The notes below the pieces were generated by a model. That model was given only the letters and a program-made list of their open reading frames with translations. It ran no database searches and had not been told where the DNA came from. A DNA stretch of 62,149 bases, the filler included, from Dugesia japonica (lineage: Eukaryota): assembly GCA_001938525.1 (NCBI GenBank). It is 6 parts of 6 records of this genome, joined end to end, with 100 filler letters (N's around TTAATTAATTAA, not from the genome) between each part and the next. Parts side by side here need not be neighbours in the genome. Positions count along the whole stretch, not along the records: positions 44,949 to 53,194 come from MQRL01640533.1; positions 53,295 to 62,149 come from MQRL01628131.1; 4 more parts are not named here. One strand, 5' to 3'. The translations under genes and the position numbers were made by a program. Position 1 is the first letter of the stretch; each line of letters opens with the position of its first letter. Below are positions 50,201 to 62,149 of this stretch, in pieces.

Positions 50201-53194
50201 CAACTATTGGTGAAGCCTATTTACTTGTACTTGGTTTTATCACATCTTGGCACAGAAGCTTATCAAATTTCTCTCTTACTGCTTTGAGAATATTTCTAGA
50301 AATTTGCCTAGCACGTTGAGCTACAGGAAATACAGAAGTGTAGTTGAGTTGGTGTGTAGATATTGTTTCATCATTATTTTCTGTTAGATTACTGAGTTCC
50401 ATGATCTTGCGAGTTTCTTGTGCTATTTCTTCTCTTCTGTGAATTTGGTTTTTGTTGCAATGAACAGTGATTTACATGTGCCCTAAGAAATCAGAGCCTA
50501 ATATTGGTAGACGGACGTCAGCAACTGTGAATGTTTATGTGAATGTTTCATTGAAACCTTTGATCCAAAATGTCAATTTTCATGTTCTAAAAGAGCTGAT
50601 CGGAACGTTATTTGCTGCATTAAATATTTTTGACGGAAGAACTCTGATATTTGCAACTTATGTCTATGAGAAAAGCAAAGTTTTTACTAGAAGTTTCAAA
50701 AGGCACTGTGAATATTGATGTTACCGATTTGAGGTTTGAGATCGCAGCTATCGACATCATTGAGATCCTTCATCTTTTTTTGAAGAAACTTTGCATGGGT
50801 GTTGGCATTTCCTTGCCTTTATTCCGAATCGTCTGTGAAAATAGCATAAATCATCTGAGCTTACTGTCTTGGCTGCTTCAATTGATTTGAGTCGAATCGC
50901 TGACATTTCAGTCTTTAGATCATTGATCATTGATATGATTTCTATGTGGTTGTTTGAGAATTGAAAAATTGGTTGAGCCTCGAAATCAGACTTGACGTTC
51001 GTTAATTGTTCTGCCATAAGTCCCAGATCTTTTATGGATTAGAGTCTTGTAAAGTTAAATGATGCGCTATTGATTTTGGAAGCGATTAAATGAATGCGCA
51101 ACGGAGCATTATATTGTTACTGATATCTGTTTCTCGATCGATCTGTTTGAAATGCCTCGACATTTCCCTTAGAATCTCTGATGGTTGTCGATCACCGTGG
51201 TGCCTTGATTTCTCAAAGATTTGCTGCATGTAGTATGACGTTGATTTTCTTTTGGTTTGAATTATGGCTTCTTTTAAATTGTCATATGCCATTTCAGAGT
51301 TGAAATCCAGGTATTTTTGAAATTTATGGAGAATATTTGATGGGAGATTTGATATTAAATTAAGGAACATTTTTTTATCTTGTGATATTGGATAGCTGAA
51401 AAATGACTTCGATCTGCATAAACCATTTTGAAGGATTTTCAAAATAATTTCGAAACTTGATCGAAACCTGATGGTTTTTGGAGATTTCACTTCTGACACT
51501 AATGTTGTGTTCCAAATTATTCTGGATTTTAACAAAACGATAAAAAGCAAGATTTGAATTTCAAAAGTTTATTTAATATTAAAAATACTTGATTCATACA
51601 AATGATATTTGTAAATTGGAAAATACTCTTTTAAAATTTCTGAAACATCAAAGAAAATCCTTCCACTTGAAATTAGTAAACACTTGAACGGAATAATTGA
51701 TTACCTAAAAATTTCTTTTGTTGAAAATATCAATGTTGATAAATCTCTTAACACTACAAATAAGATCCTCAATAAAAATTCGTTTAATAATAGAACTTTT
51801 AATACAATTTGTGAAACTGAAATGGAACTTGAAATTAATAATGATACTTCTGATAATTTGAATAAAATTAAATTTTGTGCTATTTCCTTAAATAATAGCA
51901 TTGTAAATAAAATTTGTGAAACTGTAATTGATCCTAAAACTAATATCGATTCTTCGGAAATTTTAAATGAAACTAATGAAGCCAAAATTTGTAAAATTTG
52001 TTCAAATTCTGTGAACATTTGTGAAATTGAAATAAATAACTACTCAATTAATTTGTGTCAAACATGTTTAAATAGTCTTTCTCTTAACTCCTCACAGATA
52101 TCAATGCTGAACCAATTGTTTCAACTAGTAAAATCTCAACTCCTATTTCAAAAAATTTACGTTTATCTGTTCAAAAGAAATTAGCATTTGTTAATAAATG
52201 ACGGCAAATATCTGCATCAGTTTGCATCCAAAATTCACTTAATTCTGTGACTGATGCAGAAAGCTCTATCATTGTCAATAATAATGATTGGTTTACTTAT
52301 AATGAAATTGATCTTTATCTCAGTAATCATATTAATAATCCTGTTTTTGCTCATTTGTCACCAACTATTGTCCAAATTTTTGCCTCAGGTTATTCGGAAA
52401 CAATTCTTGATATTCCATCTAGTATTTTTTCGGCTGATATAATTCTCTGTCCACTTAATATTAATTCATCAAACTGGATCTTATTTGTTTATTGGAAATC
52501 AAATATGTCTTCTTTTTATATTGATCTGATTCATCAACTTATAGACAGAAATGAAAACATAACTGCTTCAAATAAAGTTAATAGCGCGCTTAATAAAGTT
52601 TTAATTTCGACATTATTTTTTTGCACAATACAATTAAAAATCTAATTTATCAAAATAACAGTTTTAATTGCGGTCCTTTTACCTGTGCTTACGCTAGATT
52701 TCTTAATGATGGTTTGCAAGACTTCCCGAAAATTTCATTAGTATTATTCGTAATGAAGTTCAAAATAAAATTAAATTTAAACCTGAACAGGATAAAAGTG
52801 GGGGCTTAGTGACTCAAATTATTTTAACCTTAAAAAAGCTACTAGTTAAAGTTTTAAATTAAATCCTTGTCAGAATTGGTTGAATCACAAAAATGAAATT
52901 CCTTGTATTGTTTCTTTTCTTGTGTATTGGTTTCGAGAGTATTCATACATCTATATTTTGCAATGGAAATGACAGTTAATCTTATTGGTTAAAATAAGGA
53001 ACTTATCATTGATAATATAAGTTTTAAGCAATTCAAAAATGTTAATTTCGTTGCTTCTGTTATTCCAAATAATAACTGCTGGTGTTTACTAATTTATTCT
53101 TTAACTTAAAAAAATTAGTAACATGTTTAATTTCAATGATAGGAAAATAACTGATAGTCTATGGGTAATTGGTGAAAATGTTACTTATTATATC
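47250..53194 (+). pseudogene. Long degenerate ORF with Cys motifs and Ulp1/C48 cysteine protease domain(s), split by a Gypsy insertion; probably TE-derived (NeSL/R5-like non-LTR or similar)
   Basis: CKIC...LCQTC; DWFTYNEIDLYL, ILCPLNINSSNWILFVY, QNNSFNCGPFTCAYA = Ulp1 W..D..I / HW / QxNxxDCG pattern; second decayed copy from ~52870. Confidence 0.72.
47810..51613 (-). mobile_element. Near full-length degenerate Ty3/Gypsy element with short LTRs
   Basis: LTRs 47810-47928 (TGTTG...CAACA) and 51503-51613 (truncated); PPT GGTGGGGCACAG; PBS AGTGTCAGAAGTG; gag CYFHRRFGIKARKCQHPC; RH DRELLAIY...TDHKPL; IN HPG...C..CQ, YHPQCNGNVERF. Confidence 0.93.
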
Positions 53195-53294
53195 NNNNNN
53201 NNNNNNNNNNNNNNNNNNNNNNNNNNNNNNNNNNNNNNTTAATTAATTAANNNNNNNNNNNNNNNNNNNNNNNNNNNNNNNNNNNNNNNNNNNN
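53195..53294. other. Artificial scaffold linker
   Basis: 44 N + TTAATTAATTAA + 44 N. Confidence 0.97.
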
Positions 53295-54450
53295 ACAGTA
53301 TTTCCAACAATAATTTTTACTAGTCCATAAAGTGGAAAGGAAATAGCAAGCCTCTACAACCGATAAAGTCGCTAAGGCCAATCATACATAATAAATTAAA
53401 ACGAGTGTCATGAAAGACGAACCAAAACCAACGGGAGGCGAGTCTGTAATCGAATTCCGAGTCAACGGCTCCATTCCGAAGATCTGGATTTTTGGGGATA
53501 CCAGATTAAATTCTTCACGGGGTTTTACTAGGCCCACCATCATATATTAAACATAATACCCACCTACCTAGATAAAACCCCAATATATGTTATTAATCAA
53601 ACTCTGAAATTTTATAAAATGTTGTATCTGATGCTAAAAGTCTTTCAAGTTCTGATTTATTAGGTTGGCTAAAATTAAAATCGTCACATTACTATTTTGT
53701 CATTCAAGATTGATGTTTACTTACCGTTCTAGAGAAATTAAAACAACAGCTCTTACTGTACCTGAATGTAATCCTCATTGGAGTTTTAACATATTTAGTA
53801 AACTAAGAAATCAATTACGGAAAATGATGAATTTTCCAAAGAATTCAGAAATTACACATTTTTTATTTTTCAACTGAAAATGGTGGACCAGATTATATTC
53901 ATCTTTTGATGAATGTCCAACACAAAGTATCTTTCAAGCATTTCATCTGTTAACAACAAACTATAAGGAAATAGAAAGATTAATAGAGATAATCTGTATT
54001 TAGTCACAAATTCATGTGTATAAATGAATTATCTATCTTTCGAATCAGCATAAACGATAAAGACAATCTTTCGAAATTCAATGCTAAAAGATTTCAGTGA
54101 ATTATACCTGGCTTTTAATTAAATGAAATCTCAAATGTCATCAATGGTTAAGTTAAGCAATTATTTTCTCAATAATTGTAATTATAAAATAATAAATCAG
54201 TCAAACTAGAATATAAAACTAAGTGAGATTATTCATAGAATGAAATGCAAGAGGAAAATTATTAGATTTTCTTTTCTAAGCAAAATATCATGATTATTCC
54301 TTTATCTTCCGCGAGCAAAATAATTTTTAAATAATCAGACTTTAAATGATTATTATTAAAAAGATTATTAAAAAGAAGAATAAGAATAATAATCATTATG
54401 ATGGCAATGATACAGATAGAAGGGATAATAATTTTACTGGCATAAGTACT

Positions 54451-54881
54451 CAGAAGCAAAGCTAGTGGGGGCAGGGGCGACAAGTGTCCGAGGACGCCAG
54501 ACCAGGGGGCGCAAAAATGGGGTTTGAAATATTTGTATTGTGTATTTTTTGTATCGTTTTAATATGATATTTATCAAAATTCGTCACTCTCTTGCAGTCA
54601 ACTTTTTGTTATGCACTATCAATCTTATTGTGTGAATTTTATATTGCTAAACCTAGTCTATAGACTACAAATTTCGTAACCTATGACCAGAAACATGTTT
54701 GGATATAGTATTTCGTTTGTATTACTTCTTGCTTGACTAATCACATGTTTCGTCTGCATCAGTTTCTTCTTTAGTCTTTACTTTAGTAGCCGTTACATTG
54801 GATGACTCTTAATTTTTCAGTGGGGGTTGCGCAAAATATGAATCTTGTCCCCGGGCGCCAATTACACTAGCTACGCTTCTG
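54451..54881. mobile_element. hAT-type MITE
   Basis: TIRs CAGAAGCAAAGCTAGTG / CACTAGCTACGCTTCTG; flanks TAAGTACT / GAAGTTCT. Confidence 0.75.
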
Positions 54882-55644
54882 GAAGTTCTAATAATAATTA
54901 CTATTAGATGACTATTAAATCAACACTTTCCATTTCCAAAATTTATTCAATTACAAGACAAACTAAATTTATAATTTGTGTTATCAAACAAACTTTATAA
55001 AATTTATAAATGAGACAGAAATAAAAAAATTAGTTTATTAAAATATTTTATTAATAAAATTTAAAAATATAACAACGATATGATGTAAAGAAAATTAACA
55101 AATAATTTTATATCGAAAAATTAATAATTTCAAAAATATATTATTTATGACAACGAATTATAAATTTTAAATATATACTTCAAATAATAATTTAATAAAA
55201 ATTCGTTTTCTTTAAATAATTTATAAATATAAAATTCCTTTTCTTGAAACATTTGTATACATAAAAATTTAATAATAAAATATTTAATTTATTTGTTTAA
55301 TTTATTAAAATTTTATGAATGAAAATTATAACTGTTTATAAAATGTCAATTCTAAATTTTAAAATTTACTACAAATTATAAAATTAAAATTACATTTTCT
55401 TTAAAAATTAAATTATATAAAATTTTATAATTATTTAACAAAATTTTTAATGATTTAATTAACAATATTCAACAAAAAATTTCAATAAATTCTGACTGAT
55501 TATACAAAAAATTTTAATTCGCATTTAAAAACTATCTTAATAATAATAATGGTGCTAATCACCATAAACAGGGATGGTAATAATAATAATGATATTAATA
55601 ATAATACTAATAGTAGAAACAAAATATTGTAAACAATGAGACTA

Positions 55645-56575
55645 TTAGGGGTACAGATAAATAATGCTGATTTTTTTTAATAACAAAGGAATGGTTATTT
55701 CAAAAGATTAATAAAAAATAATTTATTCAAAGTAATGGCCATTGCTAGCCACACATTTCTCCCGTCTTTCAGTTAATGCATGGATACCGTCCGAAAAGAA
55801 CCTCTCTGGTTTCGAGGAGATCCATCTTTGGACATCTTCGTATATTTTCAAGTGATGCTCAGCAAGTCAATGTGTCATTGATTGGAACGGATGAAAATCT
55901 GAAGGAGCGAGATTATGCTAAATACGGCGGGTAGGTGAATGCTTCAATTTTCATATCTTTTAACATGCTTTTAACTTATTGAGACGTGTGTAGCGTTGCG
56001 CTATCATGGAGCAAAATTACTTCGCTGTTTTTTGACCCATTCTAAACATTTAGCTACTAAAGATCGATTCAGCCGGACTATTTGATTTTGGTAGCGCTCA
56101 GAATTAACGGCTTCACCTGATTTGAGAATCTCATTGAACAACACACCTTTTTTATTCCACCAGACGCAGAGTATTGTTTAATTTCCAAAGTGGTCTGGTC
56201 TTGCAGTCTGCTTTGACGATTTAGCTGAGTTAACCCATGTTTTCGTATGTTTGAGATTTTAAAAAATAAATCTACTTTTCATCTTCAGTCAAAATTCCAT
56301 GGAAAAAAGACTTTCTTTCGTACCGTCGTAACAACATCTCACTGACTACGTTTTGGTTTTTCAATTTTCTTTTATTCAATTGATAAGGCAACCATTTTCC
56401 TTCCTTTAAAATCTTGCCCATATTATGTAATTGGCACATATTGTTTGCTGAGTAACACCTTAGGTTGTGGTATGTTGACTTAAAGACCGGCATTAATCTT
56501 CATCCAATAAAATTTTCTAAATCTTGGTCTTCAAATTTAGAAGTAAAGCCTGGAAGTTGTTTGTCCTTTACACTC
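55645..56575 (-). mobile_element. Mariner transposon, degenerate, with 3' TIR
   Basis: KEGKWLPYQL, GILTEDEK, LCVWWNKKGV, LLHDSA, LAPSDF; TA|TTAGGGGTACAG terminus. Confidence 0.88.
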
Positions 56576-59500
56576 GACAATCTATGTAACAGCACTTTTC
56601 ACCCATATAGAACTTCAAATGGAGATCTCTTAATAGCGCTTTGATATGTTACATTAATTGAAAATTCAATCTTGGGAATGCNTTTATTCCAAGTAAATCT
56701 ATTCTTATCACTATTCATTGAAGTGACTAACGTATCTCTGACTGTTTTAATTGCTCACTCTGCTAGACCGTTGGCTTGATGTTGGTAAGGTGATATAAAT
56801 TCATGTGTAATTCTAAATCTTACACAAAACTCGCTCAGTTACCTTGAAAATTCTACCCGGATCAGATAAGATTGATTTGGTTTTCCAAATCGGTAAATTT
56901 ATTGGTTCTTTATTGCATATGATATTGTTTTTTCATCTTGTTTACTAAGAAGTATTAATCGAACTAATTTGCTAAATCTATCGATAATAACAACCAAGTA
57001 CTTTTGATTAGATTTATACTCAGAAAAGTAGGCCACATCTATTACAATTTGTTCTAGTGGTCAAAATTCCTCTCTTGGTAACAATAGTTCTTTTGTTTGA
57101 CCAGTGTAGACATTTCTTTTAGCACATATTTCAAATTTTTAAATTTTGTGTTCTATTTTTNNNNNNNNNNNAGGCCAGAAAAATATCTGTTGAATATATT
57201 TCACTAACTTCTTACTTCTCAAATGACATAGTTTTTCGTGCAAGAATTTTCTAATTTTGGTGAATGATTTTCTGGTATAACTAGTTTCTTCTCTTGTTCA
57301 TCTTTAATCACAATATTCCCCATTAATTTGAATTTATTTAAACTTTTAAAACATCTACTTTTCTTCACGTCAGTAATAACATTATTAGCCAAGCCTTGTA
57401 ATCATCGTGATATTGATCTTAGTATTCCATATTAGTTTTGCAACTTTTCAATATTTTCGTCATAAAATACATTTTCGTTTAAACTGTTTATAAATCAAAT
57501 TTTCGATTTAGTCTCCTTACCATCATGGTGTTTAGTTAAGCATTGAGTACATAGAGTTTTATTTTTTCTGAAAATCCCGTCAGCGTTACTGTGATCCATT
57601 CCTTTTCGATATTCTAAATCAAAATTAAATCCAGAAAAATTAGCAAACCAAGTCTGAAACTATGGACTAATTAGTTTATTTGTTTTTTTCATATAAGTCA
57701 AAGCTTTATGGTTAGTTCTTATTTTAAACTTTTTCCCAATCAAATAATGCTTAAAATGCATAACGAATTCATGAATAGCCAAAAGTTGTTTTATGGTTAC
57801 ACAATAACCTTTAATTTAAAACTCTCGACGCAAAACATATAACTTTTTCATCACCGTTGTTATCGTTTTGGCTTAGAACAACTCCAATAGCTCCAAAATT
57901 TGCATCAGAATCATTTTTTTGATGGATCAGGAAATGCTAATATTAGTGCTGTAGTTAATTCATACTTTAGCTTTTGGTAAATACTTTCAATTTCCTTGGA
58001 CCACTCGATCAATTTTTCATTTCCTGATATCATTGCATACATTAGTGCAGTAATAGTACCATAATCTTTGATAAATTGACGATAATAATTAGTTAGTCCC
58101 AAAAATGATCCTAATTGCGTAACACAACCTGGGATTGGTGCTTCTGAATTTTTTTTAATTTTATCATCATTTGTTTGAATTCTTTTTTGACTAATTATGT
58201 ACCCCAAAAATTCAATTCATCAGTTCCAAATACATATTTTACTAGATTAACTTTTAATTTTGATGCATTATTTAATTCAAATGCTTTTTCTAATCTTTAA
58301 TTATGTTCATCGACAGTTCTTCCATTAACTAAAATGTCATCTAAATAAACAATTACACCTTTATACAGCATTCTTTTAAAAATCAAATTCATTAAACTCT
58401 GAAAAGTTGCCGGTGCTGTACACAATCCAAACGGCAACCGGTTAAAGTAGAATTGTCCAATTTTAGTACTAAAAGTTGTTTTCATTTGTGAATCTTTGTC
58501 TAATTCAACTTGATAATAAGCCTGTTCTAAGTCTATAGATGAAAAAATAGTTGATCCATTTAAAGTATTCAAAAGTATGTTTATGTCAGGTTCGGGAAAT
58601 GAAATCTTCTCAGTTACTTCATTCAACCGTCGAAAATCCAAACACATTCGGATATAATCATTTTTCTTTGGTAGTATCACTAAAGATAAATTCCATAGGC
58701 TTTTACATGATCGTATAATTTTTGATTCTAACAAATTTTCAATTAATTTATCAACTTTATCTTCTAAATGCATTGGCTGTATTCTTGGATTTTGAGAAAT
58801 CGGAGGTACTTTAGTATTAACATGATGCTTAATCANTGTAGTGATTCCTAAATCAAATTTGGAAGCCATAAAAATCGATCTATATTTTTTAATAAGGTTT
58901 GCAATAAATGGAGTTCTGTCAGCAATACACTTTAATGTCGTCTTAACCCGATCACAATCCGTATATGTTGTATTTACTTCAGAAGAATCAATCAATTTTA
59001 AGTCTGCCAAGAATACTCCCCATAATTTCATCATATCGATTCCACCAAAAAAAACAGGAGAAATACTTTTAACAATAAAAATTTCTTTCATTAAAGGTTT
59101 ATTTTTCGTCAGACATTGATGGGTCTAGGGCAAAGGATTCGTGTAGTTTCTCACTCTAATCCTTGCAGAATAAATGATCTTGCAATTTCTTCAATTTTTA
59201 ATTTCTTTTCAAACACATCTGTAACCATTTTTTAACTCGAATCTCAAAATTTCTGTACTCGACTGTTCTCTGTTTTATTAAAGACAATTCCTTAACTTTA
59301 TGATAAATCGATTTTGTATTTGCAAATGTTTCCATAAACCATTTTTCAACCTTCTCATTAGTAACAGAATCATTTGAACAGGTAAATTCTTCCCATAGCT
59401 GTTTCTCATCACCTCTTAGGAGCATATCTAGCGCAAAAGCAAATTTCATTTGATTAAATGTCGCAAAATCTTTCGAGCGTGTATCAAATCTTCGGCATCT

Positions 59501-59925
59501 TGACTAAGACCATCAAAAAAACTTGGTTTCAGAATCAACAATTCTTGGGTTTTTGAGGCAAATTAAAAAAATTCTTTGCCTTTCTTGGCGTTTCGCTCTT
59601 ATTAACGCATTAATTTCGGCGTGGTTACCAGTAAAAAGACATACCATTAATATTAAGTATTTATTTTTGAATATATATTTTGTATTATTCAAACAAAATT
59701 GTCTGTTTAAACAATTACTTTTTTCTAGCTTTAATAATAAAAATAAATATTCTAAAATACTATCCAAATTATTATCAATAATCAAAGCAATGTAATCATC
59801 TAAAATTATGAAAATATCAGTCATGGATCTAAATCAAAAATTAAATTAGAATACTAAATTGACTTGATATTTTTATCGACAAGTACAATCATTTCTTGTA
59901 ACCAGTACAGTAATCAAACGTTACA
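56576..59925 (-). mobile_element. Ty3/Gypsy element (gag-RT-RH-IN), degenerate; protease largely deleted
   Basis: RT ORF 58297-59091 (RMCLDFRRLN, LPFGLCTAPATFQ, VYLDD); IN PYQHQANGLAE; PBS-like TGGTAACC at 59623-59630; possible LTR ending at 59925. Confidence 0.88.
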
Positions 59926-60144
59926 TTAGAGGAAATTCAACGACCACTTCTCAACTCGTTTATCTGCATTTCAATTTTTCTTACGTAATTTCAGATTAAC
60001 TTTACAGCCGCACTTCAATAATCAGTCACATCTTCATCTTATCTATAACATTTTTTTATATTCAATTTTATAGCATCTTATTTCCTGTCATAGCATTTCA
60101 TTTCAGATCATAGCATATCAAGACATCTTATTTCATGTCATGAC

Positions 60145-60900
60145 AGTAGATGGATACTAGTGCATGGGAACAGTACCTTCTCCCACCGCCGCAAACTGTT
60201 TTGGTGTTTTTTGATTTGTATCATTTTGATTGTACGTTTCGAATATATGAAACAGTTTTTTGAATTCGGGTTGGAACGATCAAATTTTAACTCGGGAAGG
60301 TCGAATTTTGAAAATTTGTTTTTTAAATTTTTTTGTCAAATTTTATCGGATAGTTTCGAATTTGGTAATGATCGTCATAGAATTGAAAGGTAAACATTTT
60401 TTTATAGGGTATTCTATATGAATATGCTTGGTTCTCTGGGAAAAGGTACTAGCGCAGGGAACAGTAGACCTATTTTTTGACATTTCTCAACCTAAATTTA
60501 TCGGATCATTTTGTAAATGGTACTATTTAATTCAGATTAAAATTCTGAACATTGTATATAGTGTTTGCTGTNNNNNNNNNNNNNNNNNNNNNNNNNNNNN
60601 NNNNNNNNNNNNNCATGACCCATCGAGGATGAAAAATTGAACTTTAGAAGTAATAATGACAATCAAACAAATTTGATATGGATCTTCTTAGAATTAAAAA
60701 GTGAATATTTTTGTATAGGGTTTGCTATATAAATATGCTTGGTTCTCTCAGAAAAGGTACTAGCGCACGGGAACATTTGACCTTGTTTTTTAAAATTTCT
60801 CGGCCAAAACTTGTCGTATAATCATGAAAAATATAGCAATCGATTCAGAATATATTTCTGTACTTATTTTTTAGGGTTTGTTGTAGAAATATGTTTTGCT
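60145..60900 (+). mobile_element. Element with Polinton-like terminus and internal ~310-bp repeats
   Basis: Starts AGTAGATGGATACTAGTGCA; TACTAGCGCA.GGGAACA recurs at ~60448 and ~60758. Confidence 0.45.
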
Positions 60901-62077
60901 TAAAAGATAGAAAATAGTCGGGGGCCATGGCGCACCGTGAATAGGAAATTATTATTTCTGGAAATACTTTCACTACATCAATCATTTTGACAATGTTCGT
61001 TTTCTCTTATAATCATAACATATATCGTATTATTTTAACAATATTCATTTTTCATAATGGATGATCTCGTCAGTGGTTATCTGAGCTGTGATGATCATCG
61101 TTGTTAGCAAGCTAGTGAATGACGACCACCACCCCAATCTTCCTTTTATAATTTTAAACATGATCGTTTCATAAATAAAATAAAAAGGTTTACTTTTTCT
61201 TTCTGAATTTTTCCAATATTTCTCAAATAAAATAGCTTTGAATAACTTTGAACAATAAATTAATAAGAGCAAAAATGAATTTTTGTAAGTTTATTTTTAT
61301 GACATTTTAATTGTTTTTTATACCCAGCTGTATCGTCAAGGGGAGGCCACTTCAACTTTTCTGAAAATGCAGTGAATCGTGCTCACCCGATGTGTATTTA
61401 CTGAATTTTGTTTAAATTACTATATGCTGGAACGTCAATGAAACTTGTGATCATTGAAGCGGCACGAATAATTTTTAAGAAGTAATAATATCTTTCAACA
61501 AAAATAATATTTTTGAAAACTTGTTATCAATATATAAATAGGTGTATCATAATTTTTGGTTTTATCCTCATAATTAATAATATTTATNNNNNNNNNNNNN
61601 NNTAATAATATTTATCGCAAAATAATAATAATGTTACATTCCAATTATTTAATTAAGTTATTATACTAATATGAGTTTCCTAATTGTCTTATCACTATTT
61701 TTTATAATATTTTATTAATTATAATATAATGATAATGATTTATTTTGTTCTTCTTTTCTTAAAATTTTTTGTAATTCTAATCAAATCTTTAATATAATTA
61801 TTTGGTTCAATTCTACATTATTATCATAATTATTTTATTATATTTCTACTTTTATATCATGGATAAAATTATAAATAATAATATGTGACATTATCCGATT
61901 CAAGTTTTGATTTCGTTTTAACTTCATCATTTTCTATTTATTATTTCTTTCGTTATTTTCCACCATAATTTATTCGATTAATTTAACCTTGTTTTTTTAT
62001 TTATTTAATCGTTCTTTTTATCTCATGAGCCTCTTAAATTTTTCTAATATTTATTATCTTTATTTGAGCCTTTTCTT

Positions 62078-62149
62078 TGTTGGGGTTCCACCTGAGTTGG
62101 GAAAAGGCGACTGGGGAAAAACAGTCCTCAGGGGAACCCTTTCAAGAAT
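62078..62149. mobile_element. LTR-like terminus, same family as 44699-44779
   Basis: TGTTGGGGTTCCACCTGAGTTG...CCTCAGGGGAACCCTTTCAAGAAT. Confidence 0.75.

Overview
Very AT-rich eukaryotic DNA, almost entirely decayed and nested transposable elements. The TE mix, ~56-bp introns and (TAA)n tracts are compatible with a flatworm/planarian-type genome, but this is inference. The window is not one locus: five identical 100-bp linkers (44 N + TTAATTAATTAA + 44 N) join six unrelated scaffolds (1-8802, 8903-19690, 19791-31277, 31378-44848, 44949-53194, 53295-62149), so adjacency only counts within a segment. Contents: several Ty3/Gypsy retrotransposons (two with both LTRs), hAT transposase relics and MITEs, mariner relics and a MITE, a piggyBac-like MITE, Penelope-like fragments with minimal hammerhead ribozymes, a Ulp1/C48-protease ORF, and Polinton/Maverick material (penton N-terminus, protein-primed PolB, five AGTAG/AGTAT-type termini). 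No intact host gene was recognised. Most interesting candidates: (1) a compact, intronless, highly divergent TBP-like gene next to a Polinton-type pPolB, with a small spliced Cys gene and TATAAATA-containing repeats; (2) a cassette of four same-strand small ORFs at an LTR-like terminus, each followed by AATAAA and three behind a visible splice acceptor, one ending in a dynein-LC8 motif and one bZIP-like; (3) a dense AP-1 site array in a Polinton-like terminus. All protein calls come from motif recognition by eye; no searches were run.
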